Shown here piece after piece: positions 50,670-59,653 of a stretch of DNA of 64,000 bases; within the stretch, counting starts at the first letter, position 1; every line of letters begins with the position of its first letter. The DNA comes from an uncultured Verrucomicrobiae bacterium (lineage in GTDB: Bacteria; Verrucomicrobiota; Verrucomicrobiia; Chthoniobacterales; JAFAMB01): positions 10,137 to 74,136 of the forward strand of contig CAWAIK010000020.1 of the NCBI GenBank assembly GCA_963782115.1, read 5' to 3'. The notes under the pieces are model-generated. The model did not search any database. It was not told where the DNA came from and was given only the letters and a program-made list of their open reading frames with translations. A program made the translations under genes and the position numbers.

Positions 50670-50846
50670 ATGCCCGAAAGGACGCAAAAACCACCAGCTC
50701 CAGCTCCTTGGGAGCCAAAGCAAGGGGACGGAAACGGACCTCGATCACCTGATGTCTCAAAGCCGGATACCAAAGATCTATTGAAGCGGATGCGCAAAGT
50801 GGATCCAAATCAGTCGAAGCGGTATCGGCAGCGGACCGGCGAGTAG
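50670..50846 (+). CDS. UBact, prokaryotic ubiquitin-like (Pup-family) protein
   Basis: 58 aa from ATG at 50670: MPERTQKPPAPAPWEPKQGDGNGPRSPDVSKPDTKDLLKRMRKVDPNQSKRYRQRTGE. It has a disordered N-terminal half, the conserved DLLKRMR.VDP....RYRQR core and a C-terminal RTGE. Its stop lies 1 nt before the proteasome beta gene. Confidence 0.75.
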   Translation: MPERTQKPPAPAPWEPKQGDGNGPRSPDVSKPDTKDLLKRMRKVDPNQSKRYRQRTGE

Positions 50847-50847
50847 C

Positions 50848-51642
50848 ATGGATGGATCGAATGTACCGAGCCCCGCTGCCGGCGATTTCTTAGCGGTTTT
50901 GAAGCAGCGGCGGTTGATCAGCGACATCCCGTGCGGCCCTGCCAATGGGTCGGAATTCAAGGAGACGGTTGCCACCACGATTCTCGGCTTTAAATTCGCC
51001 GGGGGCGTCTTGGTGGCTGGAGACCGACGGGCGACCGCCGGCAACGTCGTGATGTATGATCGTGCGGACAAGGTCCTGGAGATCGATCGTCATTCGGTGA
51101 TGGCGATCGCCGGGTCGCCGGCAACCGCGTGGGAGATGGCCAGGATCCTGGAACATTCTTTTCAATTTTATCGACGCAGCCAACTGCAAGAGATGAGCGT
51201 GGAAGGCAAAGTCCGCTCGCTATCAAAGCTGTTGCGGGACAATCTTGGAATGGTGATGCAGGGTGTCGGAGTCGTGGTGCCGTTATTCGCAACATACGAC
51301 AAGAAAAGTTCGGATCCGGCCAAACTTTTCTTTTACGACGCGATGGGCGCCCAGTTTGAAGCGACCGATTTTGCATCCAGTGGTTCGGGAGCGGCGGCAG
51401 TCCGGAGCGTCCTTTACTACGAGAAAAACTGGGGCTCAAAACCTTTGCGAGAACGCCCGCAGGAAGAGGCAATCCTGTTGGCGCTCAAAGCGCTGGACAC
51501 CGCCGCAGAATCAGATACTGCGACCGGTGGAATCGATCGCCACGGCAAAATTTTTCCAATCATGAAAATTGTGACTGAAGCCGGGGTCGAGACTGTTTCA
51601 GACGACAAGCTTTCCGAGTTGTTCCAAACTCACGTAGCATGA
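50848..51642 (+). CDS. prcB: 20S proteasome beta subunit (PrcB-like)
   Basis: 264 aa with a ~42-aa propeptide, then TTILGFKFAGGVLVAGDRRATAG (catalytic Thr at the predicted mature N-terminus), ...AIAGS.A.A, ...SGSGAAAV. Confidence 0.85.
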   Translation: MDGSNVPSPAAGDFLAVLKQRRLISDIPCGPANGSEFKETVATTILGFKFAGGVLVAGDRRATAGNVVMYDRADKVLEIDRHSVMAIAGSPATAWEMARILEHSFQFYRRSQLQEMSVEGKVRSLSKLLRDNLGMVMQGVGVVVPLFATYDKKSSDPAKLFFYDAMGAQFEATDFASSGSGAAAVRSVLYYEKNWGSKPLRERPQEEAILLALKALDTAAESDTATGGIDRHGKIFPIMKIVTEAGVETVSDDKLSELFQTHVA

Positions 51643-52418
51643 TTGACGAACCGTATCGTTGGGTCGAAGCGATTTCTAATCGCCGTGAATATATCGAGAA
51701 CGAGCTTGCCACGGGGAGTCCGACGATTGGATTGAGTTTTTCCGATGGGATCCTGCTCCTGACCTTCGGACGTGACCGGCGAAAGATCTTTGAGGTTTAC
51801 GACCGGATTGCGATGGGCGGCATCGGACATCCGGGCGATATTGAACGATTGCGGATGATGGCGATTGAGCTGGCTAGCACCGAGGGATTTACTCGCTCTG
51901 CCGGGGACGTATCGCTCCGTCGCATGGCGACCTACTCTTTTAGTCCCGCGCTCAAACAAGCGTTTGAGCAAATTTACGGCGCGCCGTATCTGGCGAGAAT
52001 TCTGTTTGCCGAAATAGGGGAAACGGAAGAGTCCGATCTTTTTGTCCGCCTCGATTATGACGGTTCGATGCACGCAAACTCCATGCGTGGCGGGGAGCGT
52101 CGCGAAAATTTTGGAGCTATCGCAGGGACTCGCCGTGGGCTGGAGCAGGTGGAAGGAGCCTTGAGTCGTGCAAAAATCTCGAATCTGCAAAGTGCTGTGG
52201 AAGCTGCTGTTCGAGGCTGGGGAGCCGGACTCTACGCCGCGGGCGAAGATCATGCGAATGTTCCTGAAGAATCGGTCCTGAAGGAATTTGTGAAATCGCG
52301 TTTGGAAAAATACAGCATCGAAGCCGCTTTGCTCGAGCGAAGCGTCCTTTCGTCGCATGCCGCGTTCGTGGAAGTTCCGGAGTCCGATCTGGAAGCTGTG
52401 CTGGCCAAGTTCCGCTAG
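51639..52418 (+). CDS. prcA: 20S proteasome alpha subunit (PrcA-like)
   Basis: 259 aa overlapping prcB by 4 nt (ATGA). ...GSPTIGLSFSDGILLLT...IFEVYDRIAMGGIGHPGDIERLR... with no N-terminal Thr nucleophile. Confidence 0.8.
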   Translation: MIDEPYRWVEAISNRREYIENELATGSPTIGLSFSDGILLLTFGRDRRKIFEVYDRIAMGGIGHPGDIERLRMMAIELASTEGFTRSAGDVSLRRMATYSFSPALKQAFEQIYGAPYLARILFAEIGETEESDLFVRLDYDGSMHANSMRGGERRENFGAIAGTRRGLEQVEGALSRAKISNLQSAVEAAVRGWGAGLYAAGEDHANVPEESVLKEFVKSRLEKYSIEAALLERSVLSSHAAFVEVPESDLEAVLAKFR

Positions 52419-52425
52419 TGTCCTC

Positions 52426-53172
52426 ATGAGAAATGCGCTGCTATTTATTTTGGGGTTTTTGTTGGCGAACCCGCTTTGGGCGGACGATCTCACCCGATCC
52501 ATTCAACAGCGATTAAAAGATCAGGGCTTTTACTACGGTGAGGTCGATGGCCAGGGAGGCGACGAGACGTCCGCAGCGATCCGGCGTTACCAGATCCGTT
52601 ACGGGCTCAAAGTGACAGGGCAGTTGAACGATGAAACTCTGCGCTCGCTTGGCATGACGCGCAATAGCTCTGCACGACCCGCGCCTGGATACCAGGAGAA
52701 CGAAGGTCCCTCCAGCGGGCAACCCGACGACCAATATTACCGGCAGCCGCCCATGCAGAACTATGGCCGGCCACTTCCACAACCCGAAGGTTCCGAGGAT
52801 TACAATGAGATGCGGCCGCCCCCATTTGTGCCTCCTGGAGTCGTGACTTCCTTCCCACGGCTTTACGCCGGCACAATATACGAACGGTCCCCGCCTCAAG
52901 TTCAGGAAAATGTCCTCTACGCCGTCCAGGGTGAATTGATGAGAAGGGGCTTTTTCAGGGGTATTATCGACGGGCGGCCGGGCCCGGCCACTTCGGACGC
53001 CATCCTACGATTGCAGCAAGAAGACGGGTTGCCGATGAGCGGCAGGCTTGACAACGAAACTTTAAACGAATTGAGAGCGTTTCCAGGGCAGCGCAATGGC
53101 CCGCCCGAGGAAGGTTTTCGGCGATGGCCCGGTAGGCAGCGGATCTACCGGGATTTCCCAGAGCCGTTTTGA
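52426..53172 (+). CDS. secreted protein with two peptidoglycan-binding (PG_binding_1) domains
   Basis: From ATG at 52426: a signal peptide, then IQQRLKDQGFYYGEVDGQGGDETSAAIRRYQIRYGLKVTGQLNDETL and VQGELMRRGFFRGIIDGRPGPATSDAILRLQQEDGLPMSGRLDNETL, separated by a Pro-rich linker. Confidence 0.7.
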   Translation: MRNALLFILGFLLANPLWADDLTRSIQQRLKDQGFYYGEVDGQGGDETSAAIRRYQIRYGLKVTGQLNDETLRSLGMTRNSSARPAPGYQENEGPSSGQPDDQYYRQPPMQNYGRPLPQPEGSEDYNEMRPPPFVPPGVVTSFPRLYAGTIYERSPPQVQENVLYAVQGELMRRGFFRGIIDGRPGPATSDAILRLQQEDGLPMSGRLDNETLNELRAFPGQRNGPPEEGFRRWPGRQRIYRDFPEPF

Positions 53173-53275
53173 TTGGCGAGTTTTACTTTTTGCATAGCGG
53201 CGGCAAAACGTAAGAGTCGAAAGTTCTAATTCAGGCTTGCAGCTTGCGTCCCGGTGGATTTCGAATTGCGCGGGT

Positions 53276-54577
53276 ATGGAAGCGATCATTGAATCACTTG
53301 GGGAATGCCGGTTTTCATCGCCTTTGCGGCATCGGCTTGCTGGGATAGACGGATTTCGAACTGAAGACAGCCGCGTAATCTACGACGATTCGATGGAGGG
53401 CGTCCGCGACATGTTCGAACGCGGGCTAACTCCTCTCCATTTCGAAATGGCCGGGCCGCGCGAGAGAATTTACTTTGATCCGGGAAAAACATCCGCGGCA
53501 ATTGTGACATGCGGAGGGCTCTGTCCGGGGTTAAACGACATCATCCGGGGCATCGTGATGGAGCTCTATCACAGGTACGGCGTCACTCGGATATTCGGCC
53601 TTCGTTACGGTTTTGAAGGGCTGGTACCGCGCCTGGGGCATGTTCCCCTAGCGCTGAGACCGGAATCCGTTTCCACGATTCACACCTTTGGCGGAACAAT
53701 CCTTGGCAGTTCCCGTGGTCCGCAGGACGCGGGTGAAATGGTGGATCACCTGGAGGAACTCGGCGTCGATTTGTTGTTTATCGTTGGAGGGGATGGAACG
53801 CTGCGGGGAGGCCAGAAGATCAACGCTGAAATCCGCCGGCGAGCCAGCAAAAAGTCCGTGATCGGAATTCCCAAGACTATCGATAACGACATCATGTACC
53901 TCGACAAGAGCTTTGGATTTGACACGGCTTTTGCCGAAGCTGTGAAAGCGGTGGCGTGCGCTCATGTTGAAGCAGTGGGGGCCATGAACGGCATTGGTTT
54001 GGTGAAACTGATGGGTCGTCATTCGGGATTCATTTCCTGTTACGCGGCTCTGGCGGGACAACACGTCAATTATTGCCTGATCCCCGAGGTGGCTTTTGCT
54101 CTCGAGGGCCCCTCCGGTTTACTTGAGACGCTCAGGTATAGACTGGCAAAGCGAAGGCATGCGGTGATCGTGGTTGCAGAGGGCGCCGGTCAGGATTTGA
54201 TGAATATCAACTCGTCGGAAAAGGACGCGTCCGGTAACATCAGGCTGGGGAATATCGGCGAATTCCTGAAAGATAAGATTGCTGAATTTTTCAAGAAACG
54301 GCGGATCGAGGTGAACTTGAAATATTTTGATCCAAGCTACACGATCAGGAGCGTGCCGGCGTCGGCGCAGGATAACGTCTATTGCCTGCGGCTGGCCCAG
54401 AACGCGGTTCACGCGGGCATGGCCGGTAAAACCGGCATGTTGATCGGCCAGTGGCACAGCACGTTTGTTCATATTCCGATCGAACTTGTCACCCAGGGGC
54501 GTCGCAGAGTCGATCCGTCCGGGGATTTGTGGCAAGCGGTATTGGAATGTACGGGGCAAGCAGTCAGAATGTCGTGA
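53276..54577 (+). CDS. pfkA: 6-phosphofructokinase (ATP-dependent type by GGDG motif)
   Basis: AAIVTCGGLCPGLNDIIRG, LFIVGGDGTLRGG, GIPKTIDNDI, LMGRHSGF. Start taken at ATG 53276 (the ORF track begins at TTG 53237). Confidence 0.85.
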   Translation: MEAIIESLGECRFSSPLRHRLAGIDGFRTEDSRVIYDDSMEGVRDMFERGLTPLHFEMAGPRERIYFDPGKTSAAIVTCGGLCPGLNDIIRGIVMELYHRYGVTRIFGLRYGFEGLVPRLGHVPLALRPESVSTIHTFGGTILGSSRGPQDAGEMVDHLEELGVDLLFIVGGDGTLRGGQKINAEIRRRASKKSVIGIPKTIDNDIMYLDKSFGFDTAFAEAVKAVACAHVEAVGAMNGIGLVKLMGRHSGFISCYAALAGQHVNYCLIPEVAFALEGPSGLLETLRYRLAKRRHAVIVVAEGAGQDLMNINSSEKDASGNIRLGNIGEFLKDKIAEFFKKRRIEVNLKYFDPSYTIRSVPASAQDNVYCLRLAQNAVHAGMAGKTGMLIGQWHSTFVHIPIELVTQGRRRVDPSGDLWQAVLECTGQAVRMS

Positions 54578-54681
54578 GGGAGTCTTGACTGCTTAATTCA
54601 AAGCACCTTAAGTTCGTCTCCTCTCGGTTACCTCGATTTCCCTGAGCAGTACGAATTAAACCCACGACCCCCCCAAAAAAA

Positions 54682-55671
54682 ATGAAACGTTGGATCCTTG
54701 CGTTTGCAGCACTCGCCGCGTCCGGTCTGGTCGCCTCGTCGATAGTCGATGTGGCTTCTGCAGCCGACGCTAAAAAATACACCATTGCCCTGATCCCGGG
54801 GCTTACCACCGATGCGTTCTATATCACGATGCACAAGGGTGCCGAAGCAGCCGCTAAAGCCCTGGGTGTGACCCTCGTCTTTCAAGGTGCCGCCGACTTC
54901 AACCCTGTGACACAGGTCCCGGTGTTGAACGCGATCATTGGCCGGAAACCGGACGCCATTTTGATCGCTCCGACCGATAAAGTGCAGTTGGTCGGCTCTC
55001 TGAAGAAGGCCGTAGATGCGGGCATTCCTGTTCTCACCGTCGACACGTTCATTGGAGACGGTCATTACCAGACCGGAAGTGGCGACGCTGATTTTCCACT
55101 CTCTTACATTGCGTCTGACAACATTCTCGGTGGCGAGATCGCCGCACGCGCGTTGGCAAAAGCTATCGGGGATAAAGGGAAGGTCTATGTTTCGAATGTG
55201 AGGCCGGGCATATCGACGACTGATCAGCGCGAGGAAGGCTTCAAAAATGAAATGAAAAAACATCCGAACATCACCGTCCTGGAAACGCAGTTTAATGATG
55301 ACGACGCGAACAAGGCTGCCTCTCAGTTCCAATCGGTTTTCGCTCGCAACTCAGATTTGAACGGTGTTTTTGGCGCAAATCTTTTTTCGGCAATGGGTGC
55401 TGCGAACGGCGTGAAGCAGAGTGGGGGAACAGGGAAGGTGAAAGTGGAGGCATTTGACGCGCCAACTTCAATCGTGCAGGAGATCAAGGCCGGGAACGTG
55501 GATATCGCCATCGCTCAGCATCCCTCCGAGATAGGATATTTTGGGGTGGTCGCGGCCTATGCGCATCTGACCGGCCAGTCGATCCCCACATTGATCGGAA
55601 CCGGATTTACTGTCATTGACAAAGACAACGTCGATGATCCCAACGTGAAACGCTTCATCTATTCGGATTAG
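54682..55671 (+). CDS. sugar ABC transporter periplasmic binding protein (RbsB-like)
   Basis: 329 aa with a signal peptide and periplasmic-binding-protein type I pattern (...YTIALIPGLTTDAFY...PVLTVDTFI...ASDN..GG..AA..L...). Confidence 0.8.
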   Translation: MKRWILAFAALAASGLVASSIVDVASAADAKKYTIALIPGLTTDAFYITMHKGAEAAAKALGVTLVFQGAADFNPVTQVPVLNAIIGRKPDAILIAPTDKVQLVGSLKKAVDAGIPVLTVDTFIGDGHYQTGSGDADFPLSYIASDNILGGEIAARALAKAIGDKGKVYVSNVRPGISTTDQREEGFKNEMKKHPNITVLETQFNDDDANKAASQFQSVFARNSDLNGVFGANLFSAMGAANGVKQSGGTGKVKVEAFDAPTSIVQEIKAGNVDIAIAQHPSEIGYFGVVAAYAHLTGQSIPTLIGTGFTVIDKDNVDDPNVKRFIYSD

Positions 55672-55760
55672 TCTAAAAACGCGATTTACAGAATCTGGCG
55701 GCGGGCTTTCGAGCGCTGCCAGATTCTTTTTCCCGAACGGTCTCTCTTCTGACACTTTTA

Positions 55761-56789
55761 GTGACGACTACGGAAGCAGTGCCCAACGCTCCAAAGCAGA
55801 TTCGCTGGCTGGATTTTCTAGCGGCGTTTCGAGCATGGCTTTTTCTGGGGATTCTTTTGATCACCTTCGAGATCTGGGCCCATGCGGAGTACCATGCCAC
55901 GTTTTTTCTGAATCCGTTTAACGTCAAATCCATCGCGGTCTTCACTGTAACTCCGCTGTTGCTGGGTCTCGGCCAAACCTTCGTCATTATTTCGGGCGGG
56001 ATTGATTTGTCCGTCGGATTCACGATGGGCCTCTCTGCGGTTGTCACGGCGCATGTTTTCAATTGGGGCGCCCAGTTCGGCAATCCAGTTCTGAGCCTGC
56101 TGCTTTCCGTTTTTGCCGGTTTGGGGATTGCAGTCGTGCCGGGGGTGATCAATGGATTGCTGATAGCCGATCTCCGGGTACCTCCTTTCATCGGGACGCT
56201 AGGGATGTACGGCGTTGCCAGAGGAGTGGCATTCTTGTTAGCCAGGGGCACCACAGTTCCTGTGCAGGGCGGGCTTTTGGGCGCGATCGGCAATGGCGAA
56301 ATTGCAGGGTTTCCCAACCTGGTCCTGCTGACCATAGCCATCCTGCTGGTGATGCATTATCTGCTGTCTCAAACGCGTTATGGACAGCACATCTACGCGA
56401 TTGGCGGTAACGTGAATGCCGCTCTCCGGGCCGGGATCAATGTTCGGAACAATACCATCGCCTTGTACATTCTTTCCTCGCTCACTGCGGGATGCGCCGG
56501 GATTCTTTATACCGCCAAATTTTCCGCGGGTGCGGCTCAGGCCGGCGAACCAGTTTTGCTGGACAGCATCGCAGCCGTGGTCATCGGGGGAGCCAGCCTC
56601 TTCGGGGGTTCAGGCACAGTCGTCGGGACTGTCATTGGCGCACTGATTATTGCGGTGATTCAGTACGGGCTCGTATTCGTGAACGTCGAACCGTTTTGGC
56701 AGTTTGTAGCTGTCGGCGTCGTGATCATCATTTCAGTTCTCGTCGACCAGGTTCAGAAACAGGTTGGAAAGGATGGTCCGAATGGATAG
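55761..56789 (+). CDS. sugar ABC transporter permease (RbsC/AraH-like)
   Basis: 342 aa, about 10 TM helices: ...TFVIISGGIDLSVG..., ...YAIGGN..AA..AGI... GTG start. Confidence 0.8.
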   Translation: MTTTEAVPNAPKQIRWLDFLAAFRAWLFLGILLITFEIWAHAEYHATFFLNPFNVKSIAVFTVTPLLLGLGQTFVIISGGIDLSVGFTMGLSAVVTAHVFNWGAQFGNPVLSLLLSVFAGLGIAVVPGVINGLLIADLRVPPFIGTLGMYGVARGVAFLLARGTTVPVQGGLLGAIGNGEIAGFPNLVLLTIAILLVMHYLLSQTRYGQHIYAIGGNVNAALRAGINVRNNTIALYILSSLTAGCAGILYTAKFSAGAAQAGEPVLLDSIAAVVIGGASLFGGSGTVVGTVIGALIIAVIQYGLVFVNVEPFWQFVAVGVVIIISVLVDQVQKQVGKDGPNG

Positions 56790-57534
56790 CATGGCTGCGC
56801 CTTCGCCGCTGCTCGAGGCGGAAAAGGTATCAAAGCGATTCGGTGGCGTCCATGCACTGAAAGAGGTTTCTCTGACACTTCATTCGGGCGAAGTTCTGGC
56901 CCTCGCCGGAGATAATGGAGCAGGCAAATCCACACTGATCAAAATCATTTCCGGGGTTCACCACGCAGATGGAGGCAGCTTGCGATACGCAGGCAGGGAG
57001 ATAAAATTCGATAATCCCCAACAAGCACGCGATTGCGGAATCGAAACGATTTACCAGGATCTGGCGCTGGCCGATAATCTGGACGTCGGCGCAAACGTGT
57101 TTCTGGGACGCGAACCGGTGCGTAGGATCTTCGGACTGCCTGTTATCGACCGGCGTCTGATGCGCGAGGAGGCGGAGAAAACATTGCGCGCGCTCGACAT
57201 CCATATCCATCGGCTCTCCAATCCGATTCGGTCACTGTCGGGCGGCCAACGCCAATCGGTAGCAATCGGCCGTGCGATTCATTGGAAGGCTCGCGTGCTG
57301 ATCATGGATGAACCTACCGCGGCCCTTGGAGTACCGGAGCAGAGGAAGGTGATGGAGCTCATCACCAACCTCAAAGGGAGCGGCGTGGGTATTATCTTTA
57401 TCTCACACAACCTGATCGACATCTTTCAGGTTAGCGACCGCATCATGGTGCTGCGGAGAGGCTCGAAAGTAGGCGAGGTTCGGACCGCGGGAACCAACTC
57501 GGATGAAATCGTTCGCCTGATGGTAGGCGGGTGA
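56773..57534 (+). CDS. sugar ABC transporter ATP-binding protein (single NBD)
   Basis: Walker A GDNGAGKST, signature LSGGQRQSVAIGRA, Walker B VLIMDEPTAAL, H-loop SHNL. Overlaps the permease stop. Confidence 0.85.
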   Translation: MVRMDSMAAPSPLLEAEKVSKRFGGVHALKEVSLTLHSGEVLALAGDNGAGKSTLIKIISGVHHADGGSLRYAGREIKFDNPQQARDCGIETIYQDLALADNLDVGANVFLGREPVRRIFGLPVIDRRLMREEAEKTLRALDIHIHRLSNPIRSLSGGQRQSVAIGRAIHWKARVLIMDEPTAALGVPEQRKVMELITNLKGSGVGIIFISHNLIDIFQVSDRIMVLRRGSKVGEVRTAGTNSDEIVRLMVGG

Positions 57535-57536
57535 GC

Positions 57537-57702
57537 GGCGGCGTTCGGCGTTCAGCGTTCAGCGTTCAACGTTCAACGTTCAGCGTTCAGCGTTCAACGT
57601 TCAACGTTCAACGTTCAACGTTCAACGTTCAACGTTCGGCGTTCGGCGTTCAACGTTTAGCGTTCAACGTTCGGCGTTCACCCTTCGGCGTTCAGCGTTC
57701 GG
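57537..57702. repeat. heptanucleotide tandem array A: (RRCGTTC) x ~23
   Basis: Read directly: GGCGTTC GGCGTTC AGCGTTC AGCGTTC AACGTTC AACGTTC ... Only AA/AG/GG variants occur at the first two positions, with two imperfect units near the 3' end. It starts 3 nt after the ABC ATPase stop. All three frames are open (the 'SAFSVQRSTF' pseudo-peptides). Confidence 0.95.
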
Positions 57703-57760
57703 TGTCGCGTCAGAACATCGATACCGCCATCGACTTCTTCCGCGTGAAAGCGATGCGCCC

Positions 57761-57791
57761 AACGCCGAACGCTGAACGCCGAACGTTGAAG
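57761..57791. repeat. heptanucleotide array B, left stub, opposite orientation (GAACGYY)
   Basis: AACGCC GAACGCT GAACGCC GAACGTT GAAG runs up to the IS junction. It is continuous in register with 59654 onward once the IS and one TSD copy are removed. Confidence 0.85.
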
Positions 57792-59653
57792 CGCATGTTC
57801 ACATGGTTTTGTATTCTAATAGCGCCCGTAAGTAGCTCATATTTAACGACTTGACCTGTTTTCTTGGAGCTTCCTCCTTGTGGCTACTTTTACACCTCGA
57901 CTGCGGAAAACCGTTGGCAGCCTCACGCCGGCCAGTTCGATGAGTTTGGCGACATCGGCGGATGGTTCCGGAATCGTCAGACAGCTTGTTTGATCGGCAA
58001 GCATCACTTCAACCAAGCAAAGGGTGCTTAGTTTTTTAAGTCCTTCCTGAACCGTCAAGTTCAGTGTCTGCCAACGCCGCGCTAATTCGTGCACTAAGCG
58101 ATAGGCTAACATGACGACCAATGCATGACCACGAGTGCTTTTTTCCAGTTGCACATAGATGGGGCGCATTTCCAGTTCCACCGTTTTAGAGGTACGAAAA
58201 GCCTGCTCTACTAAGGTCAGGTCTTTGTAGCGATCATGCACCAGTTCTTTACTGGCTTGTGCTGCGCTCAGATCAGTCTTGAGCACGTAACAGCCATCGA
58301 GCTTGGCTTGTTCATTTCGTGCGGACTCATCGATCTGTAATGCCACGCAACGAGCCTTGCCGCACTTGACTTCAACCCAGCTCTGAAGCTTCAACTTTTG
58401 GACTTCCTTGCTCAGAGTCTTGATCACCGTTTGAGCTTTGGCTCGTGGGTGAGCGCTCAAATAGGCATTGCTTTCATTTACTTTGTCTTCAAGGCGGCCC
58501 AGTTTGTTGGCGCGAGTGGCATCCATCTCAGCCGCCCGTTTAGGATTACGCCGCAAGATATAGCGGACCTGTTCTTCACTGACCTCGGCCAAAGGCTGAT
58601 CGAACAACTCCACCTGCAACACTTTTGTATTGAGTAGTGACTCTATCTGCGGCTTGGTAATCGCCGTGATATAATGCATCCCATGCTCGCTCAAGTGCTC
58701 GATTTGAGGGATCTTAAGCATGCCTCGATCTCCGACAAAGGTCACGGATCCGCCGCCAAAATGGCCGACTATTTTTTTTACCTGCGAAGCGACCGTCTTG
58801 GGATCGGAAGTATTGCCGGCAAATACTTCGATTGATAAGGGTATCCCTGCTTGGTCGCACAACAGGCCAATGACAATCTGCATCTTTCCAGACTTGGCAT
58901 CACGGTTATAGCCAAAGGTTCCGAAGTGATTGTTGCTCCCCTCCAGATAGCTGCTTGTGATGTCGTAGAGAAAAAGCGCCGGTTTTTCGCCAGGGTGCAA
59001 GACCTCAAAAAGCCGTGTTTCAGTTCGATGCTGATGTTCTGTGAGCCAGGCCAGATTAGAATAAAGATCATCCTCATTGAAAGCATCCAACTTGAGCAAA
59101 TCGCAGCAGGCATGGGTTTGAGCCAGGCGCACCGCACTGAGGCGCGAGCCCTGATCAATGACTCGGGCGATGACTTGCCAGAGAGCCAGCTTACCTTCCC
59201 GGTCTGTTCCCAACGCCTTAACCAGGCCAAGTTCCCGGGCCAGGGCCTCCAGGACTGCTACCGCGCCGATGCTTAAGCCCTGTCGCAGAGTGACATTGGG
59301 GTTGAGTTGAGCATTTTCCCGAAACGCGGCTAAGTCGTGTTTGTGCTGCAAGGCGAGTTTGATCGCCGCGATTTCCTGATCTGAACACTTGGAGAGATTG
59401 GCAATGGTGCGGTGCTTAACCTTGCCATCCTGGCGATAGGATTCGCGCAGCAGAACACGTATATAGACCTTATTGCCAGAGCGGACTTTACAGGTGTCGA
59501 GATACATTGTGTGCACCCAACATAACTATAACTCGTTTATTGTAAAGAATAAATGTCATTTATTTTACTATAATTAGTGGCTACATTTTAAGCGTAAAAA
59601 TCGTATATCATATTTAAAATGAATGACTTACATCATTTTGCTAAAGGAACATC
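57792..59653 (-). mobile_element. IS1634-family-like insertion sequence (~1.86 kb) with 8-bp target duplication CGTTGAAG
   Basis: CGTTGAAG occurs at 57784-57791 and 59654-59661. The ends are AT-rich with short inverted termini (..CATGTTC / GAACATC..). GC is visibly lower than the flanks. It contains one intact transposase ORF. Confidence 0.75.
57843..59516 (-). CDS. IS1634-family (IS4-related) DDE transposase
   Basis: 557 aa. The N-terminus MHTMYLDTCKVRSGNKVYIRVLLRESYRQDGKVKHRTIANLSK matches the characteristic IS1634 N-terminal pattern (...nGk.Y..lveSyR..GKv...tl.nLg). ...LFLYDITSSYLEG..., ...VGDRGM..., ...YKDLTLVEQAFRTSK.... Confidence 0.75.
   Translation of the reverse strand: MHTMYLDTCKVRSGNKVYIRVLLRESYRQDGKVKHRTIANLSKCSDQEIAAIKLALQHKHDLAAFRENAQLNPNVTLRQGLSIGAVAVLEALARELGLVKALGTDREGKLALWQVIARVIDQGSRLSAVRLAQTHACCDLLKLDAFNEDDLYSNLAWLTEHQHRTETRLFEVLHPGEKPALFLYDITSSYLEGSNNHFGTFGYNRDAKSGKMQIVIGLLCDQAGIPLSIEVFAGNTSDPKTVASQVKKIVGHFGGGSVTFVGDRGMLKIPQIEHLSEHGMHYITAITKPQIESLLNTKVLQVELFDQPLAEVSEEQVRYILRRNPKRAAEMDATRANKLGRLEDKVNESNAYLSAHPRAKAQTVIKTLSKEVQKLKLQSWVEVKCGKARCVALQIDESARNEQAKLDGCYVLKTDLSAAQASKELVHDRYKDLTLVEQAFRTSKTVELEMRPIYVQLEKSTRGHALVVMLAYRLVHELARRWQTLNLTVQEGLKKLSTLCLVEVMLADQTSCLTIPEPSADVAKLIELAGVRLPTVFRSRGVKVATRRKLQENRSSR

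Noticed and set aside
51630-52502. 290-aa minus-strand ORF
   Set aside because: It is antisense to the proteasome alpha-subunit gene and has no motifs. The same reasoning was applied to 48107-48838 (antisense to CYTH), 55673-56341 (antisense to the permease), 45698-46333 (antisense to the transposase) and 15196-15876 (antisense to zwf).
57531-57854. ORFs encoding repetitive 'SAFSVQRSTFNVQR' peptides (also 59633-60007 and 59641-60030)
   Set aside because: A 7-nt repeat without stop codons is open in all three frames and yields 7-aa periodic pseudo-proteins. The same DNA gives three overlapping ORFs, which is a signature of non-coding simple repeats.
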